The translations under genes and the position numbers were made by a program. 64,000 bases of DNA from SAR86 cluster bacterium (GTDB lineage Bacteria > Pseudomonadota > Gammaproteobacteria > Magnimaribacterales > AG-339-G14), in contig JAOIHS010000004.1 in assembly GCA_028135785.1 (NCBI GenBank), positions 7,567-71,566 of the forward strand, given 5' to 3'. Position 1 is the first letter of the stretch. Each line of letters starts with the position of its first letter. This document shows, one piece after another, positions 1 to 10,691 of this stretch. The notes beneath the pieces are model-generated. The model was not told where the DNA came from. It saw only the letters and a list, made by a program, of their open reading frames with translations, and did no database searches.

Positions 1-1
1 T

Positions 2-436
2 ACTAAAGAAGGAAAATCAGCAATTTTTAATTCGGCTGGAAACGAAGACTGTCATGTAATTTTACGAGGTGGAAAAACGCCAAATTTTGAAAATGAATTC
101 ATAAAAGAAACTGCTGATATTTTGAGAAAGTCTGGAATAACTCCTTCGATTATGGTCGATATGAGTCATGGAAATAGCCAAAAGCAATTTAAAAAACAAC
201 TTCTAGTAAATAAAGATATATCTGATCAAATAGCTGGAGGAGAAAAAGGAATTTTTGGAGTGATGATTGAAAGTCACCTAGTAGAAGGAAATCAATCAAT
301 TGGCCCTAAAGATTCTTTAACTTATGGTCAAAGCATTACAGATGCTTGTGTTAGCTGGGAAGATACTGAAATTATGCTCAACTCATTAGCATCAGCAGTT
401 AAATCTAGAAGAAAAAATCTAGAAAAGACTGCCTAA
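2..436 (+). CDS. aroG: DAHP synthase (class I), 3' part; 5' end outside window
   Basis: Frame open from position 2: GNEDCHVILRGGKTPNF, MVDMSHGNS, GVMIESHL, YGQSITDAC motifs. Confidence 0.93.
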   Translation, partial: TKEGKSAIFNSAGNEDCHVILRGGKTPNFENEFIKETADILRKSGITPSIMVDMSHGNSQKQFKKQLLVNKDISDQIAGGEKGIFGVMIESHLVEGNQSIGPKDSLTYGQSITDACVSWEDTEIMLNSLASAVKSRRKNLEKTA

Positions 437-1392
437 TGACAGAAAAATACAAAGATATAAATTTTTCATCTGAAATAGCAGACTCTATTGGTTTAGAAGA
501 AGCCATAATATATTCAATTTTAGAAAAAATTAGTTCAAACCAACTTACCCTTTCAGAACTTGATCAAAAGTTAAGTTTTTTGAATATTCAAAGAAAATTT
601 GATGCTATTTCTAAACTAGAAAAACTAGGTTTGGTCATAAAAGATGATTTGAGTTTGAGTTTGAAAAATAAACTGAAAGTTAAAAACGACATACCTATTG
701 TAAAAAATCCTACCTTTGATTTCTCCGAAGAAACTATTAATCAGGCAAAAAGTTTTGGCATGTCTAATCAATTCATTAGAGAGAAAATAATTTATTTCAA
801 ATCATTTCCATCTAATGAAGTTGATTCAGAATATAACTCAAATTATAAATTGCTTAAGTTTCTTATTAAAGAGTGGAGAAAATACGAAAAAGAAGAAGTG
901 GTTGAGTCAAAAAAAACATTGATTAAAAAAGATTGGGAACCTTCTGTTGATGGGCTGTCGATTCTTGAATCAGCAAGTATTGAAATTGACTTTGTAGTTA
1001 AGTCTATTCCTGAATTTATTTTATATTGGCAAGAAAAAAAGATGAAATCAGATACTTGGAATAGTCTTTTTATAAACCATGTTCGCAGACAATGGGCTAG
1101 ATATAAAAATATTATTGAAGATAATGTCTCTCCAAAGAAGATGGCTGCAGATTGGTACCCTCATGCTAATTGCTTTGACGTTCTTAAATTAGCCAGAATT
1201 GAAGAAGAATTCGCTAAGAATCAGTTACCAGAGTTTAAAATTTACTGGATCGATTCCAATCAAGTGATGATGTCCTGGAATTCCAAATTCATTCAACATG
1301 TAAAATACAAATGGTTTAAAGAAAACCCCAAAGCATCGGGTATAATTTCTAGACTAACAGATAAAGAGTGGGCAATTGAATACTCAGATTAA
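436..1392 (+). CDS. DnaT-like ssDNA-binding domain protein (two clear and one degenerate repeat)
   Basis: Repeated DWxP...PEFxxYW...WNSxFIxHV units; C-terminal RLTDKEWA; TAATG overlap with aroG. Confidence 0.7.
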   Translation: MTEKYKDINFSSEIADSIGLEEAIIYSILEKISSNQLTLSELDQKLSFLNIQRKFDAISKLEKLGLVIKDDLSLSLKNKLKVKNDIPIVKNPTFDFSEETINQAKSFGMSNQFIREKIIYFKSFPSNEVDSEYNSNYKLLKFLIKEWRKYEKEEVVESKKTLIKKDWEPSVDGLSILESASIEIDFVVKSIPEFILYWQEKKMKSDTWNSLFINHVRRQWARYKNIIEDNVSPKKMAADWYPHANCFDVLKLARIEEEFAKNQLPEFKIYWIDSNQVMMSWNSKFIQHVKYKWFKENPKASGIISRLTDKEWAIEYSD

Positions 1393-1954
1393 AATTCCAG
1401 AAAATCAAATAGATTTAATTAATATTTTATTTACACAACTAGAGATTACTTATCATAATCAGTTTCACAAGGCTTTTCCGGATGCAGATAGTCTTAAATT
1501 AGCAAAACAACTCTGGCTTCAAAAAATTTCTTCCTTTAAAAATGAAGTTATTTTTAATAGCGTTGATCACATAATGAGTACTTCTGAATATTTACCCTCT
1601 TTAAGTAGCGTATTGAAAAAGTGCAAAGAACTTACACTGGATGCCAATGGCATTCCTAGTTTAGAAAAGTCCTTTAAAGAAGCTTCAGTATATTGCGATG
1701 ACCCGTCTAGCCATGAATGGTCTCACCCGTTGGTTTACCAAACAGGCAAAAGAACAGGGTGGTTCTTTTTAAAAAGCGAGTCTGAGAAAAATGCACTTAA
1801 AGAGTTTTCAAAATATTTTGATCTTTTAATTCAAGATTGGATGGAAGGAAAGAAATTTAGCTCCCCAGAAGTTCCAAAAATAGAAAAAAATAAAGAACCT
1901 GTTGATAAGTCAGAGCAGTTAGATTTTATAAAAAAATTAAAAAATAAGTACTAA
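1376..1954 (+). CDS. Lambda replication protein P-like protein (putative helicase loader)
   Basis: AKQLWL, YLPSL and WSHPLVYQTGKRTGWF motifs resemble the phage lambda P family; overlaps the DnaT-like gene; TTG start. Confidence 0.65.
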   Translation: MNTQIKIPENQIDLINILFTQLEITYHNQFHKAFPDADSLKLAKQLWLQKISSFKNEVIFNSVDHIMSTSEYLPSLSSVLKKCKELTLDANGIPSLEKSFKEASVYCDDPSSHEWSHPLVYQTGKRTGWFFLKSESEKNALKEFSKYFDLLIQDWMEGKKFSSPEVPKIEKNKEPVDKSEQLDFIKKLKNKY

Positions 1955-2030
1955 TTTAAGACGTTTTTTAAATCGCTTCTAATTCCTCATTTATACTTGA
2001 TATAATGCGTTTTAACCCAATTAAATAACT

Positions 2031-3104
2031 ATGTTTAGTAAATATATTGCTCTAATTAGAGATACCTTAATGACTCGATCTAATATTGAGTGGTCGGCTA
2101 TGTTTTTAGGTTTCTCAGCAATTTGGATGGTTTCTGGTTTTTTTGTAACAGAAGAAGGGAAGCAAGAAATCGTTTTTGATAAAGAATCTACGGTAAGAGT
2201 AATTGATCAGACTTCATTACCATATACTCGTGAAATTTTAGTTAAGGGATTTGCAGAAGCAGATAAAAAAGTTGAGTTGAAAGCGGAAACATCAGGAAGA
2301 GTTATTTCCCTTCCCGCAAAGCAGGGTTCATTTGTAAAGAAAGGTCAGCCGATATGTTCAATCTTTATGGCAGAAAAAGAATCTTTTTTTAAAAAAGCAG
2401 AACTCGAATTCAAATCGGCTGAGAAACTTTTTGATGAAGGTTTATATTCTTCTAATCAATTCCAAAATATTAAATCTAATTATGAAAGAGCTAAATTAGA
2501 ATTAGACAATGCAACCATCAAAGCGCCCTTTCCGGGCATTGTTGATCGAATTGCTCTCGACGAAGGAGATTTCCTTTCAAGAGGTTCAACCTGTGCAGTA
2601 TTACTTGATCTTGATCCGATGATAATTAGTGGTGATATCTCTGAAACAGATGTTGGATTTATAACCGTTGGTTCTTCAGCAAAGGTAGAAACCTTAGATG
2701 GAAGTCAGTATCAAGGGAAAATTAGTTTTATTTCTTCATCGGCAAATAATAGAACTCATACCTTTAGAATAGAAATCACAGTTGATAATAAATCTGGAAA
2801 CATTAAAGACGGCGCTTCAGCCAGGATATTTCTTCAGGGAGAAAATCAGCTAGCTAATTTAGTTCCACTGTCTATATTGAGATTAGACGATGCAGGTGAT
2901 CTAGGCATAAGAATAGTAGGTAGCTCTGGCTTTGTTGAATTCGTGAAAATTAAACTCATTCAAGATACTAAGAAAGGTGCTTGGGTCTCTGGATTGCCTA
3001 AAAAAACAAGAATAATTACAGTTGGTCAAGACTATGTAAGTGATGGTGAAAAAGTAGAAATAGCCATTGATGAGAGATTAATGTCAGATGAACGCATTAA
3101 TTAA
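2031..3104 (+). CDS. RND efflux periplasmic adaptor subunit
   Basis: N-terminal TM, biotinyl-like halves (AETSGRV...IKAPFPGIV), TVGQDYV; directly upstream of RND permease. Confidence 0.9.
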   Translation: MFSKYIALIRDTLMTRSNIEWSAMFLGFSAIWMVSGFFVTEEGKQEIVFDKESTVRVIDQTSLPYTREILVKGFAEADKKVELKAETSGRVISLPAKQGSFVKKGQPICSIFMAEKESFFKKAELEFKSAEKLFDEGLYSSNQFQNIKSNYERAKLELDNATIKAPFPGIVDRIALDEGDFLSRGSTCAVLLDLDPMIISGDISETDVGFITVGSSAKVETLDGSQYQGKISFISSSANNRTHTFRIEITVDNKSGNIKDGASARIFLQGENQLANLVPLSILRLDDAGDLGIRIVGSSGFVEFVKIKLIQDTKKGAWVSGLPKKTRIITVGQDYVSDGEKVEIAIDERLMSDERIN

Positions 3105-6100
3105 TTTCTTTATAGATAGGTATAAAGCAACCTTAACTTTCCTTGCTTTAATTCTGGTATGGGGAGTAACTTCTGTATCTCAAATACCGGCTTCAGCTTA
3201 TTCAGATATAAATATTCCTTACGTTTTTGTATCAACCTTTTATGAAGGAGCCTCTCCTGAAGATGTTGAGCGATTAATCACCAGGCCTCTGGAAGATCGA
3301 CTTAGATCTGTAGACGATTTAAAAGCAATGCAATCCTATAGTAGAGATAGCATGTCTTATGTAATTTTAGAATTTCCCGATAATATTCCTAAAGCTGAAT
3401 CTATGGTCAATGTAAAAGATGCGATAGATGAGATACTTTTAGATCTTCCAGATGAATCTGAAAAACCATTTGTTAAAGAATTTAGCTTTGATGCCTTTCC
3501 AGTAATGAATGTGAATTTTGTTTCAGATACTGCCTCTGAGAGAGAATTAATAGGTTTTGCGAGAGAAGTTGCTAACGAAATTGAAGCCCTTCCTGGGGTA
3601 TTGGAAGCTGTCCTTAGTGGTGCGCCAGAAGAAGTGCTAGAAGCGACAATTGATAAAACAAAATTAGACAGTTATAAAGCATCTGCCTTAGATATTTACA
3701 ATGCAATCCAGCAAAATAATAAAGCAATTCCAGCAGGCAATATTATTTCTGGAACGGGAAAATTTTCAGTAATTGTTCCTTCTGTTTTTGAAACCGCAGA
3801 AGATGTTAAAAATATTCCAGTTTTAGAAAGTAATAATGCAGTAGTCTCTTTAGATGAGCTGGTTGACTTAAGAAGAACTTTTAAAGATAGAACGAGTTAT
3901 GCGAGAGTGAATGGAAGATCTTCATCAACGGTAAGTGTTCTAAAAAAGACAGATGCAAGAGAAGTTGTTGTAGCTCTGCAAATTGCTTCAATAATTAAAG
4001 AAGCTCAAAAAATTCTACCTCCAGATGTTGAAATAATCATTACAGAAGATCGAACTAAATACTCAGGTGAATTAATTGAAGAGCTAGCTGGAAATATTCT
4101 GACTGCTCTTGTGCTTGTTATGACAATTGTTGTCGCAGCGATGGGGCTTAGATCTTCGACGATGGTTGCTTTAGCTATTCCAACCTGTTTTCTTTTTGCC
4201 TGCATTACATTAAATATTATCGATTACACCTTTAACTTCATGGTCTGTTTTGGATTCTTAATTTCTTTAGGAATGCTGATAGATGGAAGTGTTGTAGTGG
4301 TTGAATATGCTGATAGAAAAATGAGCGAAGGCATGGATAGAATCGAAGCTTATCGCGTAGCAGCTAAAAGAATGTTTTGGCCTGTAATTATTTCAATAGG
4401 AACGACGCTAGCAATTTTCTTTCCATTATTTTTTTGGGAAGGAATTTCTGGACAATTCATGAAGCCAATGATTACAACTTTATTCTTGGTTTTAATTGGC
4501 TCAATTCTTTACGCATTAGTTTTTACTCCTGCAATTGGTTCTAGATATGCAAATCTAGGAAATAGAAATATCAGAACGTTAAATAATTCAGCGACACTTG
4601 AAAGAGGAGACCCTAAATCACTAGATGGTATAACAGGTGTTTACGCAAGATTCTTAGATAAATTATTAGATCAACCCGGAAAGGTTATTGCATTTATTTT
4701 ACTCAGTGTAATCACTATTTATACTCTTTATGGAGATCATGGTCCTGGTGGCCAATTTTTTGTAGATGAAGATCCGGATACAATCATTGTTGAAGTTCAA
4801 GGTAGAGGAAATTTAAACGCAACAGAAACTTTAAATTTTTTAAAAGAGATAGAAAAAATAATCTTAACCATCAAAGGTCCAGAAAGTGTTTACTTGGAAC
4901 AAAGCGGTGATGGCGATCCTAGAGACAGAGGAAATGCTGATACTGTAGGTAAAATATACGTAGGTATGCCCTTCGATAGAGATGCTCTTATTCAAACAGG
5001 TGCGGCGGTAGTGATAGAGCTAAAAGAAAAATTGAAAGATATTCCTGGGATAAAAGTTGCAGTTAGAGTAAGAGATAGCGGCCCCCCGACTGATAACCCA
5101 ATAGAAATAGATATTTTTGGACGTGATTACCAAATGGTTTATGAAGCAACTGCTGCATTAACTCAATTTATGGATCAAAATATTCCAGGTGCAATTAATG
5201 TTTACAGCACTATTCCTGAACCTCAATTGAAGTGGAAAATAAATATTGATAAAGAAAAAGCATCGCAATTTGGTGTCACCACTTCAGAAATTGGCACAGC
5301 AATTCAATTTTTAACTGCCGGCGTAAAAGTAGGCGAATATCGTCCTGCTGATCTAGATGAATCGATTGATATTAGAGTCAGATTTCCAGAAGAACAGAGA
5401 AGACTGGATTTATTTGATCAGCTTACAATCAATACTAGATATGGAAGTGTTCCTTTAAGTAGTTTTGTCTCAATTAAGCCATCTTACGAAGCTCCTGCAA
5501 TTAGAAGAGTCGAAGGAGAAAGAGCATTTACCGTTGCAGCTGACTATGCACCAGGTGCTCTTACCGAAGAAGTAATGCCTAGAATTGAACAATGGATAGA
5601 AGACAATAATGAATATAAAAAATTAGTATTCGATTTTGGGGGGCAAGCTGAGCAATCTGCTGCAGATGCTGCATTTTTTGTTTCTGCTGCTACTGTAGGC
5701 CTATTTTTAATGGCAATTTTATTGATGATTCAGTTAAATAGTTTTTATCAGGTTTGGATTGTAATTTCTGCAGTTTTTTTATCAACAGCAGGAGTTTATC
5801 TAGGTCACCTAATAACTCAATTCCCTTCTAGCTTTCTATTTACTAATTTAGGAATAATTGCTCTTGCTGGAATTGTTGTAAATAATAATATTGTTCTAGT
5901 TGATACCTTTAACGTCTTGAAAAAAGAATTTGTAAATGCGCCTATTAAAGATTTGATAATCAGAACAGCGGCACAAAGAATAAGACCGATCGTACTAACT
6001 ACTGCTACAACCGTTGTTGGCTTATTGCCTTTGGCTTTGGGTTTGGGTGTCGACTTAATGTCTAGAGAAATTGGTATCGGCGGAAGAGTTGTTGAATGGT

Positions 6101-6252
6101 GGACGCCATTATCATTTGCAGTTGTTTGCGGCCTATCCTTTGCTTCAATTATGACTTTAATCCTTACTCCTTGCTGGTTGATGCTTCCAACCAAAATTAA
6201 AGAATTGTTTGCTCAATTTAATTCTGTAAAATCAAGTTCTGAAACAGCATAA
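3088..6252 (+). CDS. RND efflux permease, AcrB/AcrD/AcrF family
   Basis: 1054 aa; GASPEDVE, GMLIDGSVVVVE, GIVVNNNIVLVD, RIRPIVLT motifs. Confidence 0.93.
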   Translation: MNALINFFIDRYKATLTFLALILVWGVTSVSQIPASAYSDINIPYVFVSTFYEGASPEDVERLITRPLEDRLRSVDDLKAMQSYSRDSMSYVILEFPDNIPKAESMVNVKDAIDEILLDLPDESEKPFVKEFSFDAFPVMNVNFVSDTASERELIGFAREVANEIEALPGVLEAVLSGAPEEVLEATIDKTKLDSYKASALDIYNAIQQNNKAIPAGNIISGTGKFSVIVPSVFETAEDVKNIPVLESNNAVVSLDELVDLRRTFKDRTSYARVNGRSSSTVSVLKKTDAREVVVALQIASIIKEAQKILPPDVEIIITEDRTKYSGELIEELAGNILTALVLVMTIVVAAMGLRSSTMVALAIPTCFLFACITLNIIDYTFNFMVCFGFLISLGMLIDGSVVVVEYADRKMSEGMDRIEAYRVAAKRMFWPVIISIGTTLAIFFPLFFWEGISGQFMKPMITTLFLVLIGSILYALVFTPAIGSRYANLGNRNIRTLNNSATLERGDPKSLDGITGVYARFLDKLLDQPGKVIAFILLSVITIYTLYGDHGPGGQFFVDEDPDTIIVEVQGRGNLNATETLNFLKEIEKIILTIKGPESVYLEQSGDGDPRDRGNADTVGKIYVGMPFDRDALIQTGAAVVIELKEKLKDIPGIKVAVRVRDSGPPTDNPIEIDIFGRDYQMVYEATAALTQFMDQNIPGAINVYSTIPEPQLKWKINIDKEKASQFGVTTSEIGTAIQFLTAGVKVGEYRPADLDESIDIRVRFPEEQRRLDLFDQLTINTRYGSVPLSSFVSIKPSYEAPAIRRVEGERAFTVAADYAPGALTEEVMPRIEQWIEDNNEYKKLVFDFGGQAEQSAADAAFFVSAATVGLFLMAILLMIQLNSFYQVWIVISAVFLSTAGVYLGHLITQFPSSFLFTNLGIIALAGIVVNNNIVLVDTFNVLKKEFVNAPIKDLIIRTAAQRIRPIVLTTATTVVGLLPLALGLGVDLMSREIGIGGRVVEWWTPLSFAVVCGLSFASIMTLILTPCWLMLPTKIKELFAQFNSVKSSSETA

Positions 6253-6260
6253 TAGTTAAA

Positions 6261-6497
6261 ATGAGCGAAAAAAATAGCACCAAAGACTTTGAATCTTCTT
6301 TAGAAAAATTAGAAGAAATAGTAGCAGAACTTGAATCTGGAGATCTCCCTTTAGAAAAGTCTATCAAAGCATTTGAGGATGGTATTAAACTTACCAGACA
6401 TTGCCAAAATTTATTATCAAAAGCTGAGTTAAAAATACAAAAGCTAGTAGAGTCCAGTGATGGCTCTTTAGATTTAGAAGCTTTTGATGAAGATTGA
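6261..6497 (+). CDS. xseB: Exodeoxyribonuclease VII small subunit
   Basis: FESSLEKLEEIVAELESGDLPLE; xseB-ispA-dxs synteny. Confidence 0.96.
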   Translation: MSEKNSTKDFESSLEKLEEIVAELESGDLPLEKSIKAFEDGIKLTRHCQNLLSKAELKIQKLVESSDGSLDLEAFDED

Positions 6498-7383
6498 TGA
6501 AGTAAGTTTTCTGGAGAATAATCTTTCTAGAATTGACGATGCTATTTTTAAATCCCTGCCTCCAAAAGATTATTCATTAATATCAGAAGCCATTCATTAC
6601 TCAATTATGAATGGAGGAAAAAGAATCAGACCTCAACTTATTTTAATGATGAGTAATTCAATAAAAGTTGATGTATCAAACAAAACGATAGATCTAATTG
6701 CGGCTGCCGGAGAATTAATTCACTGCTACTCTTTAATTCATGATGATTTACCTGCAATGGACGATGATGATTACAGAAGAGGTCAATTGAGTTGTCATAA
6801 AAAATTTGGTGAAGCTACAGCAATTTTAGCGGGTGATGCTATTCAACCCCTTGCTTTAGAGATATTAACTACTATAGAAGACCCAAATTTAAGTGCTGAA
6901 ATAAAATTGATGATTATTAACCTTTTTTCAAAAGCTTGTGGCCCAAAAGGCATGGTTGAGGGACAAAGTAGAGATATTTTATCTGAAAATACTTCTTTAT
7001 CTGAAAAAGAACTAGATGAAATGCATTATTTAAAAACTGGTAAATTAATAGAAGCTTGTGTCATGTGTGTTTGCTTATTAAAAAAAGATATTACACAAAC
7101 CCATATAAACGCATTTATTAAATTTTCTCAAAAATTTGGTTTAGCTTTTCAGATTAGAGATGATGTTCTAGATGTCATAGGCGATGAAAAAATAATAGGT
7201 AAGCCTGTTAATTCTGATATTGAAAAAAATAAGTCTACCTATCCTTCCGTACTAGGAGTCGATGAATCCCAAAAGAAAGCGGAAGATTTAGGCAATGAAG
7301 CGATGAACATTTTAAAAGATTTGCCTTATGATACTTCAGAGCTTGAAAGTCTTTGTTTCTTAATAGTGTCTAGGAATAGTTAA
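6487..7383 (+). CDS. ispA: Farnesyl diphosphate synthase
   Basis: GGKRIRP, HDDLPAMDDDDYRRG, FQIRDD motifs. Confidence 0.95.
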   Translation: MKIDEVSFLENNLSRIDDAIFKSLPPKDYSLISEAIHYSIMNGGKRIRPQLILMMSNSIKVDVSNKTIDLIAAAGELIHCYSLIHDDLPAMDDDDYRRGQLSCHKKFGEATAILAGDAIQPLALEILTTIEDPNLSAEIKLMIINLFSKACGPKGMVEGQSRDILSENTSLSEKELDEMHYLKTGKLIEACVMCVCLLKKDITQTHINAFIKFSQKFGLAFQIRDDVLDVIGDEKIIGKPVNSDIEKNKSTYPSVLGVDESQKKAEDLGNEAMNILKDLPYDTSELESLCFLIVSRNS

Positions 7384-7387
7384 AGTA

Positions 7388-9256
7388 ATGAAAAAATTTA
7401 AAAAATTTCCAAATTCAAAACCGCAGACACCTTTATTAGATTCTTTAAATGATCTCAAAAAATTATCAAACTTTAGTAATAAAGAACTTATTAAGTTAGC
7501 AGATGAGCTCAGAGAATATCTTTTATATTCAACTAACCAATCAGGAGGACATTTTGGAGCAGGTTTAGGCGTCATAGAGCTTACTGTTGCCCTGCATCAT
7601 GTATTTAATGCTCCACAGGACAAGATAATTTGGGATGTCGGTCATCAAGCATACCCACATAAAATCTTAACGGGCAGAAAAGATAAAATGATGACCATCA
7701 GACATAAAGATGGTTTAGATCCATTTCCTTCAAAAAAAGAAAGTGAATATGATGCCTTTGGCGTTGGACATTCAAGCACATCTATCAGCGCAGCTTTGGG
7801 CATGGCCCTCGCTGGATCACCTCTAAATAAATATATATCTGTCATTGGTGATGGTGCCATAACAGCTGGAATGGCTTATGAAGCCTTAGCTCATGCAGGG
7901 TCTGTAGAGAATAATTTACTAGTCATTTTGAATGATAACAACATGTCTATATCAAATAATACAGGTGGTATTTCTAATTACTTAGCAAAAATATGGTCTA
8001 GTAAATGGTACATACAAGCTCGTGAAGGCGGTAAAACCGTTCTGAGAATGATACCTTCTGCCAAACGATTTGCTAAGCGTACGGAAAGTCATATTAAAGG
8101 CATGCTTTCTCCTGGAACTCTTTTTGAAGAGCTTGGATTTCAATACATTGGCCCAATGGATGGTCACGATTTAAAAGGCATTGTGAGAACTCTCAAAAAT
8201 ATTAAAGATTTATCTGGGCCAATTTTTTTGCATTTAGTTACACAAAAGGGAAAAGGCTTTATCCCGGCAGAATTTGATCCAATAAAATATCATGCTATTT
8301 CAAAAAAGGATTTAAATTTGTCTTCGAAGAATATGGGGCTTAAATATCAAGATGTATTTGGTGAATGGTTGACTTATAAAGGAGAAGAAGGTGACAAAGA
8401 TTTAGTAGCTATAACTCCAGCAATGTCAGAGGGCTCTGGCATGGTAAATTTTGCAAATCAATTTCCTGATCAGTTTCATGACGTTGCTATAGCTGAGCAG
8501 CACAGCATGACTTTAGCAGCGGGTTTTGCATGTGAAGGTAAAAAACCAGTTCTAGCAATATATTCAACATTCTTACAAAGAGCTTATGATCAACTCATTC
8601 ATGATGTTGCATTGCAAAATCTTAATGTTTTACTAGGAATAGATAGAGCTGGATTCGTTGGAGAAGATGGAGCTACCCATGCAGGAATATTTGATTTAAC
8701 TTACCTTAGGTGTATTCCTAATATGCTCATCATGACACCATCAAATGAAGATGAGTGTTGGAAAATGCTAAATACTGGTTACGATTTCAATGGTCCAGCA
8801 GCAGTGAGGTACCCAAGGGGAAATGGTCCAGGTGAAAACGTCTCAAAGGGTAAAGAATTAATAGAAATAGGTAAGGGAAAAGTAATTAAAGAAGTAGATT
8901 CAAAAATTGCTATTTTGTCTTTTGGTGCAGTTCTGGATTTATGTTCTAATGTTTCTGATGAGCTCGATACTACTTTAGTTGATATGCGCTTTGTAAAACC
9001 TTTAGACGAAGATTTGATAAAAAATATTTGCAAAAATCACGATTTAATAGTTACCGTTGAAGAAAATGTAGTTGCTGGTGGAGCAGGGTCGGGTGTGAAT
9101 GAGTTCATTCATGCTAATTCTTTAGAAGTTGATTTATTAAATATAGGAATTCCCGACGAATTTCCTGCTGTAGGTACACATGCTGACCAAAAAGATTCAG
9201 CTGGATTAAACTCTGAAGAAATAATTAAGAAAATAAGAATAAAAATAAACAGGTGA
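7388..9256 (+). CDS. dxs: 1-deoxy-D-xylulose-5-phosphate synthase
   Basis: WDVGHQAYPHKILTGR, GDGAITAG, IAEQH, GEDGATH. Confidence 0.97.
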   Translation: MKKFKKFPNSKPQTPLLDSLNDLKKLSNFSNKELIKLADELREYLLYSTNQSGGHFGAGLGVIELTVALHHVFNAPQDKIIWDVGHQAYPHKILTGRKDKMMTIRHKDGLDPFPSKKESEYDAFGVGHSSTSISAALGMALAGSPLNKYISVIGDGAITAGMAYEALAHAGSVENNLLVILNDNNMSISNNTGGISNYLAKIWSSKWYIQAREGGKTVLRMIPSAKRFAKRTESHIKGMLSPGTLFEELGFQYIGPMDGHDLKGIVRTLKNIKDLSGPIFLHLVTQKGKGFIPAEFDPIKYHAISKKDLNLSSKNMGLKYQDVFGEWLTYKGEEGDKDLVAITPAMSEGSGMVNFANQFPDQFHDVAIAEQHSMTLAAGFACEGKKPVLAIYSTFLQRAYDQLIHDVALQNLNVLLGIDRAGFVGEDGATHAGIFDLTYLRCIPNMLIMTPSNEDECWKMLNTGYDFNGPAAVRYPRGNGPGENVSKGKELIEIGKGKVIKEVDSKIAILSFGAVLDLCSNVSDELDTTLVDMRFVKPLDEDLIKNICKNHDLIVTVEENVVAGGAGSGVNEFIHANSLEVDLLNIGIPDEFPAVGTHADQKDSAGLNSEEIIKKIRIKINR

Positions 9257-9728
9257 AGATAGCTGCATAAATTCCTGCGACTAGATCATCTAAAACTACA
9301 CCAAATCCACTTTTCATTTTTTCATCTATCAGAGATATTGGATAAGGCTTCCAAATATCAAATAATCTAAATAGAAAAAAGGCTACTACAGAATACAAAA
9401 GTATCTCTCTAACCATGATCAAACCTGTTAGAGGTAAAAAAGCTATCCATAATCCTGCAAGCTCATCTATGACGATAGACTTTTGATCTTTGTCCTTTTT
9501 ACTGAGCTGTCGAGTGGCTAAATGACAAACTATGATTGAAACGATAACTATGGAAGCTGTTAGTAAGATTATTATTTCAGAGCTAAGCGAGAGATATATA
9601 ACAACATACAAATAGGCAATTAATGCAGCTAATGAGCCCCATGTGCCCGGTGCTAAAGGAAGCAATCCAATACCAAATAAAGTAGCCAAGAGATGACTAG
9701 GTTTTTTTAAAATTGGAAAACTATTCAT
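9225..9728 (-). CDS. pgpA: Phosphatidylglycerophosphatase A
   Basis: APGTWGS, IVIDE, FRLFDIWKPYPI, GVVLDD; ATG overlapping thiL stop chosen as start. Confidence 0.94.
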   Translation of the reverse strand: MNSFPILKKPSHLLATLFGIGLLPLAPGTWGSLAALIAYLYVVIYLSLSSEIIILLTASIVIVSIIVCHLATRQLSKKDKDQKSIVIDELAGLWIAFLPLTGLIMVREILLYSVVAFFLFRLFDIWKPYPISLIDEKMKSGFGVVLDDLVAGIYAAIFTCLFLFLFS

Positions 9729-10668
9729 TGAAGTGATTGTATCCAGCTTGATCAAAGTGAATTTCTTTTTCGTTATCGAATACCTCTACTTTGTTCCCCT
9801 CTTTCATAACGCCAATCTTAGTTGCCTTTATAGAATATTTGGCAATTAATTGATTTAAATCTTTTTCTTTAGATGGAGGCAAAGAAAAACATAACTCATA
9901 ATCATCTCCCCAAGTTAAGGCTCTGTCGTAAGTTCCAGAAAAAGGAATTTCTTCTAAAAATAAATTAGCACCTAGTTTGCTCTGTTCACATATATGATTT
10001 AGATCGCCTAGCAAACCATCGGATAAATCGATACAACTGTTAGCTATCAAAGAAAGTTCTTTGGCAAATTCAAATTCAATTTTTGGCTTTAAATACTTAT
10101 TTGTATAAGTGATTTCATGATCATTTAAGTATCTATTTTCCTTTAAAAAATTCAAGCCTAAATAGGCATCGCCAAGAGTCCCAGTTACATAAATATCATC
10201 TTCTGATTGAGCACCGGCTCTAGACATAAAATTATCTTTATCTATAGAGCCGCAAACACCAACTGAAACTGAACATTCTTTACCCTTAGCTAGATCGCCA
10301 CCCAGAACTGGAACTTTATAGGTATTCACAAACTCGATGATGCCCCGAGCAAAATCTTCTATCCAACTCTTATCTTGTGTCGCTAAGACCAAAGAAATAG
10401 ATATCCATTTTAAAGATCCGCCGCAAGCTGCGATATCACTTGCTGCAACAACACAAGATCTAAAAGCAATCTTGTTAGGCTCTAAATTTTCTAGAAAGTG
10501 GACGCCGGATACTGAAACGTCGGTTGAGAAAATTAACTCTTTATTTTTTTCTGAAAACAACCCAGCATCATCGCCTGGACCAATTAGCAAATCAGAGGAA
10601 TCATGAAATTGATTCCCCAGATCTAAAAAAAATTCTTTAAGAATTGAGAATTCATCCGTTTCTTTCAT
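9721..10668 (-). CDS. thiL: Thiamine-phosphate kinase
   Basis: GPGDDA, SDIAACG, DLSDGL, GDDYEL. Confidence 0.95.
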   Translation of the reverse strand: MKETDEFSILKEFFLDLGNQFHDSSDLLIGPGDDAGLFSEKNKELIFSTDVSVSGVHFLENLEPNKIAFRSCVVAASDIAACGGSLKWISISLVLATQDKSWIEDFARGIIEFVNTYKVPVLGGDLAKGKECSVSVGVCGSIDKDNFMSRAGAQSEDDIYVTGTLGDAYLGLNFLKENRYLNDHEITYTNKYLKPKIEFEFAKELSLIANSCIDLSDGLLGDLNHICEQSKLGANLFLEEIPFSGTYDRALTWGDDYELCFSLPPSKEKDLNQLIAKYSIKATKIGVMKEGNKVEVFDNEKEIHFDQAGYNHFNE

Positions 10669-10691
10669 AAAAGAAGCGGATGATTTCTAAT

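Noticed and set aside
436-1954. Prophage interpretation of the replication-like genes
   Set aside because: No integrase, att site, structural or lysis genes; coupled to aroG
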